Positions 1 to 12,839 of a DNA stretch of 64,000 bases are shown here, piece after piece. Numbering within the stretch: the stretch's first letter is position 1; every line of letters starts with the position of its first letter. The DNA comes from Selaginella moellendorffii (Eukaryota > Plantae > Lycopodiophyta). The DNA is taken from positions 162,575 through 226,574 of the forward strand of contig NW_003314354.1 of NCBI RefSeq assembly GCF_000143415.4, written 5' to 3'. Below the pieces are notes generated by a model. That model was given only the letters and a program-made list of their open reading frames with translations, ran no database searches and had not been told where the DNA came from. Both the position numbers and the translations under genes were made by a program.

Positions 1-226
1 GTGCCATGAACACTGCCATCAACTAAATTTGGTTATTCAATTATAAGCACATAGCTGTAAGCCACAAATTTTTCCTTTCCAATTTGCCAGCTTACCTCGC
101 CTATCCGACCAACTCTGCCTTGGCTTGTGCTAAGTTCCCTCGCCAAGGTTCTCGTCTATGGTACCAGCTCCTACTTGGTTTCAGCTACTTACTGCACGAG
201 CAACGGAGTGTTAGCCATCCCTAAGT

Positions 227-1382
227 TGTAAGGAACCGACTCCCCGAGATGTCGTAGGCTAAAGGATCCCCAAAAGCTTGACCGAAATGACAAAGAGTTC
301 ATCGGATGGGACCAAGTCGAGGATCGAGTCCAAGACCGACTCTAGGACCGAGTTCGAGATAGAGTCCGGAATCGAGTCCGAGACCGACTCGGGGACCGAG
401 TTCGAGTCCGAGTTCGAGACCGAGTTTGAGACGGAGTCCGAGATCCGAAATCGGGTCCGAGACCGAGTCCGAGGTCGAGTCCGAGGTCGGGTCCGAGATC
501 GGGTCCGAGATCGAGTCCGAAATCGAGTCCGAGACCGAATCCGAAGTCGGATCCGAAATCGGGTCCGAGATCGAGCCAGAGACTAAGTCCAAATACTAAT
601 ACGGGTCACGGGGTGAAAGCCCAAAGCGTGCGTCTCCCAGGGGGGGGGGGGGGGGGGGGCGCGGGGGGTTCCAAAAGTATAGTAGGGATAGTGAGGTCCA
701 GGAACCAATTTTGAAGGGACTCTCCAGTTGGGCTTCCAAACCGACTTGAGGTTGGGACTGGGACTGAGGGGCCTTGGGTGGGAGTGAGCATGGACTTGGC
801 TGGTGCTGGAGGGGCCATCCAAGGAAGTGCTCAAGAGCAGCTCCCACTCCCGAAAGGGAAACCGACTGCGGTGCTCCCGGCTCAGGTGGAGTGGTGCCCC
901 GCTTGAGTACCTTGTGGCTCATTGGTCCTCGCCCTTCCGGGGGCTTGGGCCTTCCCTTCGGGATGGAAGAGGGGGGGTAGAGGTACCCATACCGGGCCGT
1001 TAGGCCACGGTGTTTCGCCCCGACGTCCCGAAGCAAGTGCTGCACCCAAGGCTTGGGATTTAGAGGGTCCCATGATCAAGTCTTGTGGTACCAAGGGGTG
1101 TTAGGAATCTGGAGGCTTGGTGTGCTTGGCTGCTTGTGCCTGCGGGGAGTGTAGCCGAACCTTAAGTCCAGTCTAACCTGGGGAGGGGGATTGGGAGAGA
1201 TTTGGGAATCCATAGATGAATGGCTAACACTCCGTTGCTCGTGCAGTAAGTAGCTGAAACCAAGTAGGAGCTGGTACCATAGGCGAGAACCTTGGCGAGG
1301 GAACTTAGCACAAGCCAAGGCAGAGTTGGTCGGATAGGCGAGGTAAGCTGGCAAATTGGAAAGGAAAAATTTGTGGCTTACA
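227..1382 (+). mobile_element. Solo LTR, family A (Ty3/gypsy-type), 1156 bp
   Basis: TGTAAG...CTTACA termini. Colinear and highly similar to 44039-45124. Contains a CCGAGW-type hexamer array and an AAAGTATAGTAGGG TATA-like motif shared with family B. Confidence 0.9.
310..585 (+). repeat. Degenerate hexamer array (GAGTCC/GAGACC/GAGATC) inside LTR-A
   Basis: Visible 6-bp periodicity; it explains the spurious RD/SD/ES-rich ORFs. Confidence 0.9.
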
Positions 1383-1420
1383 ATAGCTTCAAGCAATTAT
1401 ACCAACTGCTGCTCCAAAAT

Positions 1421-1755
1421 CAAAGGAGGAGATTGTTGATTTGCCATAAAAATGAATGAAAAGAAAAGAGCAAAAGAAGAGAAATGACAAAAAGTTAAAA
1501 AGAAAAGGAGATCTAGACAATCCAAAAAGTTAGATCTAAATCAAAATCTTGAAAGGAAAAAACAAAAGAAAGGAAATGGAAAAAGCTAGATCCAAATTAA
1601 ATTCCTAAATTCAAGCACTCCTTAAGAACAATCAAAGATGCCTTCACCTCCACCAATGTGAGTGTATGGAATATAGAAAGGAAATACAAAAAATGTGCAT
1701 ATCAATTAACCCAAAAACCTTAGTTTAAGTGGTCTGGATTGAAATCAATTCAACA
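1421..1755 (+). mobile_element. Decayed Ty1/copia-like PPT and 3' LTR (LTR 1434-1755); host of the LTR-A insertion
   Basis: AAAGGAGGAGAT directly followed by TGTTGA (1434), with matching TCAACA ending at 1755; A-rich interior. Confidence 0.55.
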
Positions 1756-2532
1756 GCTACCAAAATCCCACTACACTAATATTAATATATAGCATTGTAG
1801 CCATACACTTGGCCCTCACAATATAATATTTTTTTTAGATAATAAATAGGCACATAAATGTTTTTTGAAAAAAAAATTTAGAAAAGAAAAATACTATAAC
1901 AAAAAAACTTCTATATAGATTAAAAAAAATAGAAATACTTATAACACACATCATATTTTGGCTAAATACTAAAGAAGTTATATGCTATTTGCCACTTGCT
2001 AAATAAATGACACTACCAAAGAATTTGTACAACTCATAAAATTGGAGGAAAATATTTATATAATAACATTTAATTTTTATTTTCATTTTCTTGTGAGAAA
2101 ACTTGCCTATTCCAATCTAGCCATCTAGGTGCTTGAACATCTGCATCTATGAATCACAAACAATGTTCTTGTGGTCTTGCAATGCCCATCAAGAACTTAG
2201 TATAGTATAACTTGACTGTCTTGCTACCTTGTCAATGGGATTGCAAAAATCACACGATTTTGGGGAAAACCAACTAGTCAAATCTACCCGCGCTTTCGCC
2301 TCCCTCCCCCCACGTGTCGCATCGCCGCGCTCACGTCTAGGGCAACAGTCAAAGCCGTGGTGCCGGAGCCCCAATTTTGACCGGCTGCCTGGTAAAAAGG
2401 TAAAAGGCGGGGGCGAGATATATATACTCCATCCCTAACTCTTTTCCCTCAGTGCTAACAGCACTTGGGCTTCTTCTTTTCATTTGTTCCATCTCAATTC
2501 AATCAATCGGATTGTTTGCTCCCAAGAGTTGT

Positions 2533-3861
2533 ATGGCCAGTGCCGCCACGCCAGTCAGTTGCAAGCTCCTGATCGAAAAGAAAAGCCCCAATCTCGCCAA
2601 TCAGAGGGATCATCTCCTCAATCTCCAGCAGCAGAGCAAGAAGAAGCGATTCAAGCCGGCTATGGCAGGCTACAATCTGGGTGAATTCTACGCCACCCGC
2701 GACGCCTGGAATTCCCGCCACGCGCAATGGCAGAGCCACTGCGCCATTGTTTCCAGCCAGTCCATCGCCCAGCCCGAGGAACAGCACGAACACTCCAAGA
2801 ACGCCGGTAGCGGTATCAATGGCGATCTAAAAGAGGGATCCATCCAGATCCTAGCAGCGTCAAACGGCGCCGCCGCCAAGTCCATGATGATGATCCTGCC
2901 CAAGCCGCTGTCCATCGCGGATCTCGCCATGCCGCCGTCGCACGGATCCACGCTGCGCGTCGCGTACCAGGGCGTCCCGGGGGCGTACAGCGAGGCGGCG
3001 GCATCCAAGGCCTACCCGGAATGCGAGCCCATCCCCTGCGAGCAATTCGAGGCCACATTCCAGGCCGTGGAGCTCTGGATCGCGGACCGCGCGGTACTGC
3101 CCATCGAGAACTCCCTCGGCGGTAGCATCCACCGGAACTACGATCTCCTCCTGCGTCACCGGCTCCACATCGTGGGCGAGGTCCAGCTACCAGTCCACCA
3201 CTGCCTCATGGCCCTCCCCGGCGCCTCGATCGAGGGGATCCGGCGAGTGATCAGCCACCCGCAAGCGCTAGCACAGGTGGAGCACACGCTGACCAACCTC
3301 GGGCTCCAGGCCGCGCGGGAAGCCGTGGACGATACCGCCGGTGCCGCGCAGCACATCGTGGCGAACAACCTCCGCGACACCGCGGCGGTGGCCAGCGCCC
3401 GCGCCGCGGAGATTTACGGCATGGACGTGCTGGCCAGCGGCATCCAGGACGATCCGGGCAACATGACGCGCTTCCTCATGCTGGCGCGCGAGCCCATCAT
3501 CCCGCGCACCGATCGGCGATTCAAGACGAGCATCGTCTTCGCGCTGGAGGAGGCGCCCGGGGCGCTGTTCAAGGCGCTCTCGGCCTTCGCGCTCCGGAAC
3601 ATCAATCTCACCAAGATCGAGAGCCGACCGCAAAAGAATCGGCCGGTGCGCGTCGTGGATGATAGCAACCACGGCACTGCGAAGTACTTCGAGTACCTCT
3701 TCTACATCGATTTCGAGGCGTCCATGGCGGATCCGCGGGCACAGAACGCGCTGGGGCAGCTCCAGGAGTTCGCGAGCTTCATCAGGGTTCTTGGGAGCTA
3801 CCCGATGGACATGACGCCGGTGGTACCGCCCGGCAAGCCCAAGGTGATCAGCACCACGTAG
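2533..3861 (+). CDS. ADT: Arogenate/prephenate dehydratase, plastid-type, intronless
   Basis: [35 protein letters not shown] motif, ACT-domain TKIESRP; N-terminal transit-like extension; first ATG at 2533. Confidence 0.95.
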   Translation: MASAATPVSCKLLIEKKSPNLANQRDHLLNLQQQSKKKRFKPAMAGYNLGEFYATRDAWNSRHAQWQSHCAIVSSQSIAQPEEQHEHSKNAGSGINGDLKEGSIQILAASNGAAAKSMMMILPKPLSIADLAMPPSHGSTLRVAYQGVPGAYSEAAASKAYPECEPIPCEQFEATFQAVELWIADRAVLPIENSLGGSIHRNYDLLLRHRLHIVGEVQLPVHHCLMALPGASIEGIRRVISHPQALAQVEHTLTNLGLQAAREAVDDTAGAAQHIVANNLRDTAAVASARAAEIYGMDVLASGIQDDPGNMTRFLMLAREPIIPRTDRRFKTSIVFALEEAPGALFKALSAFALRNINLTKIESRPQKNRPVRVVDDSNHGTAKYFEYLFYIDFEASMADPRAQNALGQLQEFASFIRVLGSYPMDMTPVVPPGKPKVISTT

Positions 3862-4369
3862 CCGGTACCGCACGGTGCGTACTCTATGCCGCGCGGTATA
3901 CCACGTGAATCGCGCGGGCTACCACGTGCAACATGTGATTGATTTTTCTTGCAAACACACCTTTGTATTAACACGAATCTCGAAATGAATGAAATAAATC
4001 TTCCCAGAGGATGGGAAGGACACACAAGTTGATGGAAGAACATTGTGATGCCACGATTAGACTCTCCAAACTTTGTCAGGTTTCTCAAACGTATGGTGGA
4101 TTGTATTGGAAGTTTTTGCTGCCAAGCTGCACGAATCACGATGGCGATTGTGATGTAGCAACCAATTCTTTAGGTTCTTCCTCCAAAAGCTTTAATGCTC
4201 GCCAGAAGAGAGCCGCGATTTCTTGACTTAAGAAATGACTTTAAAGCCGCGGGAGTGGACTTGCGACCTGGGAATTCAAGCGAGAATAAACGCAAGTGCG
4301 CGAATTCAACACAGAAGAATATGAATTGCCTCTGAAAGTTCTTAGCTTCGTGGTTTCATGCGAGGTTCA

Positions 4370-4650
4370 TGAAGGAAATCATATATTTTCAGCTCTGCCT
4401 GAGATGTTTGAATCGGACTTTCAGGACTTAGCTCGCTTCAAGATCGGATGGAAAATCTCACTCGCGCAGTTCATGAAGGCAAAACGAGGTTTTCATGTTT
4501 GAATCAGACTTTCAGGAAGTGCTTGAAGATGGAAAAATCGAGGAAATCATTGATTTTCAGTTCCGCGAATGTTTAAAGCAGACATTCAGGAAGTTCTCAG
4601 TGCCTTAGCTCGCTTGAAGATCGAGGGTGGAAAAATCTCGCTCGTGTTGA
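4370..4650. repeat. Degenerate shuffled direct repeats of the PPR gene 3' end
   Basis: TTAGCTCGCTT(C/G)AAGATCG..GGAAAA.CTC and GACTTTCAGGA motifs recur at ~4420, ~4510 and ~4590-4640. Confidence 0.5.
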
Positions 4651-6325
4651 CACCCGCGTTCCTCTTGACGGCGCTCGCCACTGTAGTCCAGGCCAACTCG
4701 TCCGGCTCGAACGGCATACACCCAAATACCTCCCAAGCACGCTTGATCTCTCCAGCTCTAGCGAACAAATCCACCATGCAAACGTAGTGATCAAGGCAAG
4801 GATGATCCAAGCCCGAGAACTCCCCGGCCGCGAGCGCCAGGAAAAACACCCGCGCCGGATCGATCAGACCGGCGTGGCTGCACGCAAAGAGAACAGTGAC
4901 CATGGTGATCCCATCCGGTTTCGTTCCATCCAGCAGCATCGCGAGGAAGAGCTCGATCGAGATGGATGGGCGATCGTTCTGCGCATACGCGAGCATGATC
5001 GAGTTCCAGGCCGCGTCGTTCCTCACGGGCATTCGATCAAACACCGCGCGCGCCTCTTCCACTCGACCACACTTCCCGTACATCCCGACGATCGAGGTCC
5101 CGACTATGAAGTGCTCCTCCAGCTCCTCGTCCCGGATCGCAGCGTGGAATCGCCGCCCCTCGGCCAGCGCTGCGAGCCCGGCGCACGCATCGATCGCCGC
5201 GATGAATGTCACTTCGTCCGGTGCGACACCCTCGAGATCCATGATCGCGGGGAGTTGCAGAGCTGTCGCAGCGTCCTCTGAATCCAAGCTCGCGGCAAAT
5301 GCTTTGATGAGCGCCGTCCACGACACGACGTTTCTCTCCGGGGCGGAAACGAAGATCTTCTTAGCCTCGGCAAGATCACCGCAATCGCCGTAAGCGTCTA
5401 AGATTGCGTTCCAAGACGCAGTGTCCTGCTCCGGCATCAAATCAAACATGCTCCTCGCGTCATACAAATACCCGTTCTTAGCATACGATGCAACCATGCT
5501 CGTCCAGGACACTACGTTCCGCCTTGGCATCTCGTCGAAGAGATTGTGCGCTTCTTCCATCCCTCCGTGGAGTGCGTGTGATTGCACAATTGCGTTCCAG
5601 GAAACGATGTTTCGCTGCGGCATTGCATCGAAGAGACGGCGCGCTCGGGAGAGATTGCCGTGGTAAGCATTTGCAGTTACGATGGCAGTCCAGGATACCA
5701 CATCCGGAGACGGCATCCGGGTGACGAGCTCGCTTGCGCGGTCGAGGTCTCCTCTTTGTGCGTACGCCTGGATCATCACGTTCCAGGTAACGGTGTTTGG
5801 ACAATCAAGATCGTCAAACAGCCTCTGAGCCTCCAGAAAATGCCCCTTTTTGGCAAATGCTGCAATCAAAACAGTCCAAGCAACAACATCCGGCCGAGGG
5901 ATCATCTGAAACACTCGGAGCGTTTCGGCCATGCAAAAGTTCTGCTCGTACATGTGTAAGACTGCACTCCACGAGACAGAGTCTCTCTCCGGCATCGTGT
6001 CAAACAGCCATTTCGCTCGATGAAAATGCCCGTTTTGGGCATTTGCTGCAAACATGATGTTCCAGGTGTAGACATTGCGGTGGATCATGCCGTCGAACAC
6101 GGAGCCCGCCAGATCCAGCCGGCGGCACGCACCGTACATCTCGATCAAGAGATTGGCGATGTAGGTGTCGTTCCCGTACCCGTTCTTGGTGATGTGCGTG
6201 TGCGCCATCTTGCCTTCGATGAGCGCTTGCGAGTCGCGGCATTGGCGGAGCAGCGATGCGTAGGTCGCGGTGTCGGCCTTGAGGCTGAGATTGTTGAGCG
6301 CCGCGGTCAGCTTCTCCACCCTCAT
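4586..6325 (-). CDS. PLS-class pentatricopeptide repeat protein with partial E domain, no DYW (candidate organellar RNA-editing specificity factor)
   Basis: Tandem S-type motifs (FDxMPxRNVVSWT), ACSHAGL, HYVCMVDLFARAG, MPFEPD; intronless. Start codon uncertain (ORF is open to 6490). Confidence 0.9.
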   Translation of the reverse strand: MRVEKLTAALNNLSLKADTATYASLLRQCRDSQALIEGKMAHTHITKNGYGNDTYIANLLIEMYGACRRLDLAGSVFDGMIHRNVYTWNIMFAANAQNGHFHRAKWLFDTMPERDSVSWSAVLHMYEQNFCMAETLRVFQMIPRPDVVAWTVLIAAFAKKGHFLEAQRLFDDLDCPNTVTWNVMIQAYAQRGDLDRASELVTRMPSPDVVSWTAIVTANAYHGNLSRARRLFDAMPQRNIVSWNAIVQSHALHGGMEEAHNLFDEMPRRNVVSWTSMVASYAKNGYLYDARSMFDLMPEQDTASWNAILDAYGDCGDLAEAKKIFVSAPERNVVSWTALIKAFAASLDSEDAATALQLPAIMDLEGVAPDEVTFIAAIDACAGLAALAEGRRFHAAIRDEELEEHFIVGTSIVGMYGKCGRVEEARAVFDRMPVRNDAAWNSIMLAYAQNDRPSISIELFLAMLLDGTKPDGITMVTVLFACSHAGLIDPARVFFLALAAGEFSGLDHPCLDHYVCMVDLFARAGEIKRAWEVFGCMPFEPDELAWTTVASAVKRNAGVNTSEIFPPSIFKRAKALRTS

Positions 6326-6822
6326 ACATTTGATCGATCGAATGGAGCGAATTGGAAGCCTACATCCAAAATGAAAACCAATGTCAGTTCTTCCTTTCTT
6401 CGTCAGTGGTTTGTCGATTCGTGATGCATTATTGCCGCCCAAATGGATAGACTTGGCAAGAAACGTCTCCGAGGAGACGATCAAGAACAAGTGGGCTCCT
6501 CTCGATTCGAGAAAGAGACCCTTCTTTCATTCTCACTCTCTGTGTTGTCAAGCTTTCCATGAATCTTTTCTCTCTTATGTGACCCCCACACGCACACCCG
6601 GCAGAGTTTCAATCTCTCGTAGCATTTTCTCCGCATAGAACAAGACCAGATCTTTTTCTGTTCTCATTTTGTTTACGGTATCTACAAGCAATCTACAAAG
6701 AAAAATCCAGGCACTTCTTCTATCTCGCATAACCAACATAACTTACACTTAACTTACGCTGATGAAATGATCGATGGATCATCCACTCGATCCAAGCTCT
6801 CTATCCAGCCGGGAAAGAGGAG

Positions 6823-8070
6823 CTAGTTTTTCTCCTCCTCCGTCGGCCTCAGCGTCAAGCAATCTAGATACAGCCCACCCTTCCAGTAGCTGCAATCCAC
6901 TTCCCGGATGCAAAACTCCAGCTCCAGCGGCTGGGCGATCAATCTCTCGCCCTCCACGACGATCTGCCCGACCTCAAACTCAAACCACTGCTCGAACCCA
7001 GTGACTGGGACCTGCTTCATCAGGTCCAGCTCCTTCTCCAAGACTTTGCCGTGCGTGATCTTGAGCCGGAAGAGCAGCGGCTTCTTCCAGGCGAGATAGA
7101 GGATCTGTCCGAATTGCGGGTTTGCTACCTTGAGCCTCCAAGTGGCCGAGTACTTCCCCGGAGTTAGCGAGCATTTCCATTTCCCAAACACTTCCAGCCG
7201 GCAAACCGCGAGTAAGTGCGCTACCTGCGATCAAGAAAAGGAAGAGTTCGACGTGATCAATCAATCAATCACTCTCTCGTGAAAGAAAGAAAAAACTAGA
7301 TCGGCCAATCACACACTGTCGCGAGGAAAGAAAAAGAAAAGTTTCTAAGTAGAGAAGAAGATTAGGTGAAGGGATGCTCTAAGCAACGCAAGAGAAAGAC
7401 CCCAGAAACACTGCAATATGACGAACAGACGTTTCCAAGCAAAGCTTATCCCCCCCTGGCGATGGAATCCATCCATCAATGCGAGCAATCCTCGTATCGA
7501 GCTGCTTGGAGCTATGGAGAGGGCAAGGCAAGATTTTGCAATGGAGCTCAAAGTGGAAGACGAAGAATCGAAATATCGGAATGGCAGTGCTAGCCCAGGA
7601 GGCCGAGCTATCAATCGATCGCTCGATGCAAAGAAAGAAAGAAGGCGGCAATGGAACAAGAAGAATGAAAGAGAGGAGGGATTTCTTACCTTGCCAAAGC
7701 AAGAACTCCGCGAGTCCTCCCAGCGCCAAAATCTCGCGTCCTGGCCCCAGGTCACGCCCATCCCGGCCACGGACAGGATCCTACACACCCCGCCGGTGCG
7801 TCGCAGCAGCAAATATTTCTGCCGGCCTCCACTCACGAAGATCCCCTCCGCCAGGGCCTGGAGGAGCTCCTTCCAGCTCTTCCATCCATCCCTGTAATCG
7901 CAGCACTCGCCGCGCACATCCGATGGGAGCAGCCCCTGCCACACGAGCTCGGAGCTCGCCGCCGCCGAGAAGGCCTGGCTCACCGACGCGAGGCGGCACG
8001 CATCCAGCGGCGTTGTCCGCCCGATGATCGCCGCAATGCAATCGATGGGAAGATCGCCGAGGCTCGACAT
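6823..8070 (-). CDS. F-box protein with phloem protein 2 (PP2) domain; exons 8070-7690 and 7224-6823
   Basis: LGDLPIDCIAAII F-box; VTWGQDARFWRW, WFEFEVG and WKGGL PP2 motifs; GT-AG intron 7689-7225. Confidence 0.9.
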
Positions 8071-8238
8071 TCTTGAGACGAGAGAGCGTTCTTCTCTTTA
8101 GCCCTCTCGTCCTGTTCTACTTCTATTCATCGCCAGATATTCCAGTAAATATTCTTTTGGCATTCTAATTTAGGGTTCGTCGAGGCGATGGCGGAGCTGG
8201 AGGCGATGCTAGGGCTCCGCGACTGATGCTTCGCGGGG

Positions 8239-11200
8239 ATGGAAAACGGCACTGCTGCTGCTCCGAATCCTTGCTGCAAGCAGGTATATCCTAGATTCTT
8301 TCGCGATTTGATCGAAATCGAGTCTGTCAATCGATCGCTGCAGCTCGCGGAGAAGCTCGAGAAGAGCGATGCCGGGAGAAAGAAGCTACGGCAGGCGATA
8401 TCGATGCTCAAGGAGAAGCTGGAGGCCGCCGACAAGGTTATGCAAGAGAATGACGCTCTACGACGAGGTGTGTGGCTCTATCTCTTTACTCGCAAACTTT
8501 TTTCTTCGTCTTTTGCTCTTGTGGTGATCATCTAATCCCCCGGAACCCTTCCATAGGGATCTGTCTATCGTTTTTGGCCCAAGTCTTGCTTGTAAAGGCT
8601 CTCATAACGATGCGAGCCATTGGGGATTGCGCAAAGAAGCAGGCAACACACTGGTGTTTACAATGCCAGTCTTGCTTCTTTGTGCATGATCCTGAGACAG
8701 GGACTCTTAGTCTCAAATTGGTAGGAATGGTGGATGACTTTGTCGAGGAGCTCACTCTCGTGTCGTATTCTTTTGTTGACAGATTGCGAGAAAGAGCGTG
8801 AGCGTGCTGCAATGGAAAGACAGGCTGCTGAGAAAGAGAAGAACGCCCGGCTAGTGCTGGAGGAGGAGGGCCGGTCTTTGAAGGAAACACTAGCCATGGC
8901 AATAGCCAGGATAGATTTCCTGGAGGCCACACAGGCAGCTGATCGGAAAGAAGTGCAGCATTTGCGTAACGAGGTACCGATTTATGTTCCCTTTTCTTTC
9001 GCTTAAAGAGTAAATCTTACAGGTGAGAGTGGCCGTGGATGGCGTTCGTGCAGCTGTAACCACCAGCGAAACAGCGCAAAGAGTATGTATAAGTCTTGAG
9101 AAGAACCTGACGGCTAAGGTATGCCTTTCAACCTCGTGCTACGTAGAAGTACTGAACAGGTGTTACAGGTCAATGCGCTTCCAAAAGCCGGTGGACAAAA
9201 CTTGCAGGCTCAAAATGGATTTAAAGCTCTCCAGGGAACTGTCAGCACTTCTCAAAAGGAAATGGCCGCGCTGTCTACGAGGTTGGCAGCGTTGGAGACA
9301 CAAAATGCACAATATGTCGATCAACTGAACCAGTTGCGGCAGGCCACAGCCGTAAAGACAGCAAAGCCCACGGAGGCCGTCGCTACGAAAACTCCATCGA
9401 AGCTACCTCCGAGATCTCAACAACAAAGGCCCGACTTAAATCGTAGTGTGGTCCGGAACTCTCGGTATACTTCCACTTCAACCGGCGCCATTCAAGTGAT
9501 ACCCGGAATTGCAGACATACTTCAACCATTGACGTCGGCATCGAAGAAAACAGGCTTTGTTGTGCATGACGAGAACCACGAGCAGGCGAAGGCTTATACT
9601 GCCAAAGCCACGCAGGACAAAGACCCGGTTTATGAGACTGCAAAGGATGGGTCAGACTTAACTGTTCAGGACGATTGTGGTGGGGCAGGAAAAACAGCAA
9701 AAAAGCTGTTGCACTCACTCAGCCGCCTAATTCACAAGGAGAAACGGGCGCATTCGAGAATGGAGGTCAAACTGTGTGAGTTGCAACAAGCACTTAATCA
9801 CAGTGAGTCTCCTCAAGCGAAACAGCATAAAAAGAGAAAGAGAAGTGGAGCTGAGGCAACCAATTCTAAACATTCATCGAAAGCAAAGGCGAGCAGGAAA
9901 AAGCGGAAACTGAAGGTGGATGCTGTCGTCATTGATGATGACTCGGAGATGGAGGTTCTCGTTGAAAAGTGGCTGGACGCGAAAAAGAATCTGCATTCGC
10001 CAAACTTACCTGAGGTTCCGTCGCGGGCACAAACTGCGATTAGCAACTCGGAGACTCGACCGTGCACGGCTGCGTCACCTCAGGATGTTTCAGGACATGC
10101 TTCAGAAGTTCCAAACGTTCAAAGCTGCCAACAAAATATTGGAAGAGCAGAAGTCTGGAAGGTCCAAGGCTCTTCCAAGGATGAAGCCTGCCAACAGAAT
10201 ACTGGGAAATCAGAAGTTTTGATAGTTCGAGGCCGCGAACAGGACACTGGACATGCCGCAGACTTGGACACCGTGACCAGGTATCAACTCAGTCCAAGGT
10301 TGCTTTCTACAGCTCCTCAAGCTGTCGTTGAGGAACGTGGGGGTCAACTGAATTTCGATGATCGAGACGAGCTGCGCATTTGGTTTTCTGATGCGAAAGA
10401 AGTGCGCGGGGCTATTTTATCAAATGAAGATTGCCCGAACCAGAGCGTTTTGGATATGGAGATAGTTGCCGGCTGCTTCGTGGGTGATGACGGGCTTTTG
10501 AAGCCTTCAGAATCATGGAAGCAAGAGTTTGAATCGAGAGCCAGTGGCCTGGCTTTGAACATAACACTGAGGTGAGCATGCTTGTCTTGGGCTGCAGGAT
10601 TCTAACATCTTTGGCAGGTCATCCTTGCTGGTAGTAACTTCGAGCATTGTCAACATCCTAACGACGAGACTGTTTCATGGTAACGTGGTTTTCCAGTTCG
10701 GGAGCTTTCTCTGCAATGGTCAGTAGCGTCCCTTTTAAAAAATACACCAGAATCTGATATGTTGCTGTTTGCTACAGTTTTAACTGGAAAGCGTGTGGCC
10801 TTCGATACACTGCTGAGGCTTCTCTCCAGTTTCCTTATCTTCGGCGAAACTCAGTTTTTTATGGCTATAATGACAAGAGACGAAAAGGAAGTTCACAGAC
10901 TAGATTGTTTTGCTGCTAAAGCAACAGCGGACGAGGTTGCTGCTGCTAGTAAGCTCCTCGCAACTCTATGCAACATATCTGGCCATTTCCGGCTCTTGCG
11001 CAAGATCACTCACAAGATTCTACGCCGGAGCCTGATGGATGTCGGTCTGTTGGTCACCGTTTTGGCTTCACTTGCCTCGGTTTCGAAACAGCTCCTCTCA
11101 GATACAGTGATCCGATGTGTTGCTTCCGAGCTGGTTGCGGAGGTGGTGGTTCCGCAACAATGTGGTACGCTTGCCAGTTTAGATGGGAAGCTACAGGACA

Positions 11201-12023
11201 GGAAGCTACTAGAGCACCTCGAAGTTTCGGTTGACGCCACTGTACAGGAGGTTGTACGGGCCACACTCGACCTTCTCTGCACTTCCAACTTACCGGGTTT
11301 TAATCTCATAAAGGAAATGGAGTGTCAACGTATAAGCTCGAGCTGTTTTGAAGAGACCGAAGCTTGGCCCATCCAGTTTCATGAAGCTGTCGAGGCTCTG
11401 GAGCTTATCTCCTTTCACATGGTAAGTGTCTTCTTCTTTCGGGTTTCATCAATGACATGTTGTTCAGGGATGGGAATGGACATACAACAATCTTATCGTA
11501 GAGAGATTATGGGTCCTTGTGGCGCCTGGTGTTGCACAAACGACAGTAGGAGGCGTTGCTCATCTCCTTGGTAGCCTAGGAAGGTATTTATCACTAAACA
11601 CTCATACTTGTTCTAATTTAGTGTCATTACAGGCTAGGCTTGGAAGGTGGCCAGGAAATGCCTGGTGTTGACAAGCTGAGACAAAGCTTGGCTTTTATAC
11701 TTGAAGATGGGAACCATGAGCAAGGAAGGTTTTCCTTCGCGACTCGCCTGGTTGCGGCAGCTGCCCTGTTGGAGCTGTCAGTTCATGATAAAAGGGCTCC
11801 ACGGTTGACAGATGACGATGATGCCACCGACAGTCAAGGCCTGGACGTTCTGAGCTTGGACTACGTGAAAACCGTGCAAGACTGGTTTCACAGTTTGGAC
11901 AGCGAGAAGCAGAGCAGCGTACCCCTTCGTCTGAAGAACCAGATTTTTGCTATCCATGTGCCTTCTCGTAGAGCGCTTGAGGAGCTGCCTGAGAACGAAA
12001 AAAACGATAAAAGCGCTCCTTGA
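8239..12023 (+). CDS. MEE22/EMB1611-like coiled-coil protein, multi-exon
   Basis: N-terminal NPCC followed by coiled coil (RKKLRQAISML). C-terminal WEWTYNNLIV..LLGSLGRLGLEGG..GVDKLRQSL resembles the MEE22 family as recalled. Short GT-AG introns. Confidence 0.7.
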
Positions 12024-12766
12024 CACCTTGTGACCAGCTCGTTGAGGTATCAACGTCTTCGTTATATTCCTTCTGCCTGTCTTAACTCATCCTCTCTCGC
12101 TGACAGGGAAAGCTAGAATCGCAGCTGAGCTCCTCCGGCAGGCCACTGCAAGAGTTTTGATCGACCGGGACAGATCGCAAACCGATGATCTATGCTGTTG
12201 TCGGCGTGCTGGATCTGCATTGAGCCCAGTTCCCAGCCAGTATCTAAGAGACGATGAGACGACGAGTTCGTGAACTTTCCGTCTTGGTGGCGAATGGCAC
12301 GCGTAGTAAGACAAGAACGAGGCGGCTCGGCATGGCCCAGGCTTGTCGTTGCTCCCCTTCGAGGACATACTGATATGAACAGCGAATCACTTTGGTGTCG
12401 TTATTGTGTAAGTTTTTCTTTCTTTCCTTGCTCTAGTCCTTTCTCACTTGTCGTGGCTCCCAGGATCCGCGGTCGCTGTAAGGCAGCGAATTCGCTGGCA
12501 ATGGCTAAACATCCAAGCCCGCATTTCGACATGACAGTGAGCTTAACGCGATAGTGATCTTAACGATTGGAAAAGTTTCTTTGGCCAGTTATAGATTACA
12601 AAGCTGCTATATCTGACTGGAGAGGCCTAGACTGGCTATGGACGGAACAGTGTCACTGATATCAACAGTGGTAACAAAGCCCGAGGAAAGTGCCAAACTG
12701 GAGAATGGTATCACTCAACAACTGAAATTTCAATGCTCCCGAAAATCCAGCGAAGATGCTCCAGTT

Positions 12767-12839
12767 GCATGGATTGTTAAATCGCCAGGAATGTAATCAC
12801 TCCATTCGCATGGATTGTTAAATCGCCAGGAACTTAATC
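12767..12839. repeat. Short direct repeat, period 41 bp (GCATGGATTGTTAAATCGCCAGGAA x2)
   Basis: Identical 25-mers start at 12767 and 12808. Confidence 0.8.

Larger units (their letters stand above)
56..1382. mobile_element. Composite LTR insertion: inverted ~165 bp fragment of the LTR-A 3' end, a 6-nt linker, then a complete LTR-A; one 5-bp TSD
   Basis: ATAGC at 51-55 and 1383-1387 flanks TGTAAGCCAC...GTGGCTTACA. 56-220 is the reverse complement of ~1218-1382. Confidence 0.85.

Noticed and set aside
56-1382. DNA transposon with 165-bp TIRs
   Set aside because: The sequence is LTR-A, seen as a normal solo LTR at 44039-45124; TG..CA ends and a 5-bp TSD fit retroviral-type integrase.
3268-3873. 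Antisense ORFs over GC-rich genes (ADT, PPR, GRAS, RLK)
   Set aside because: Expected shadow ORFs from high GC3 codon usage.
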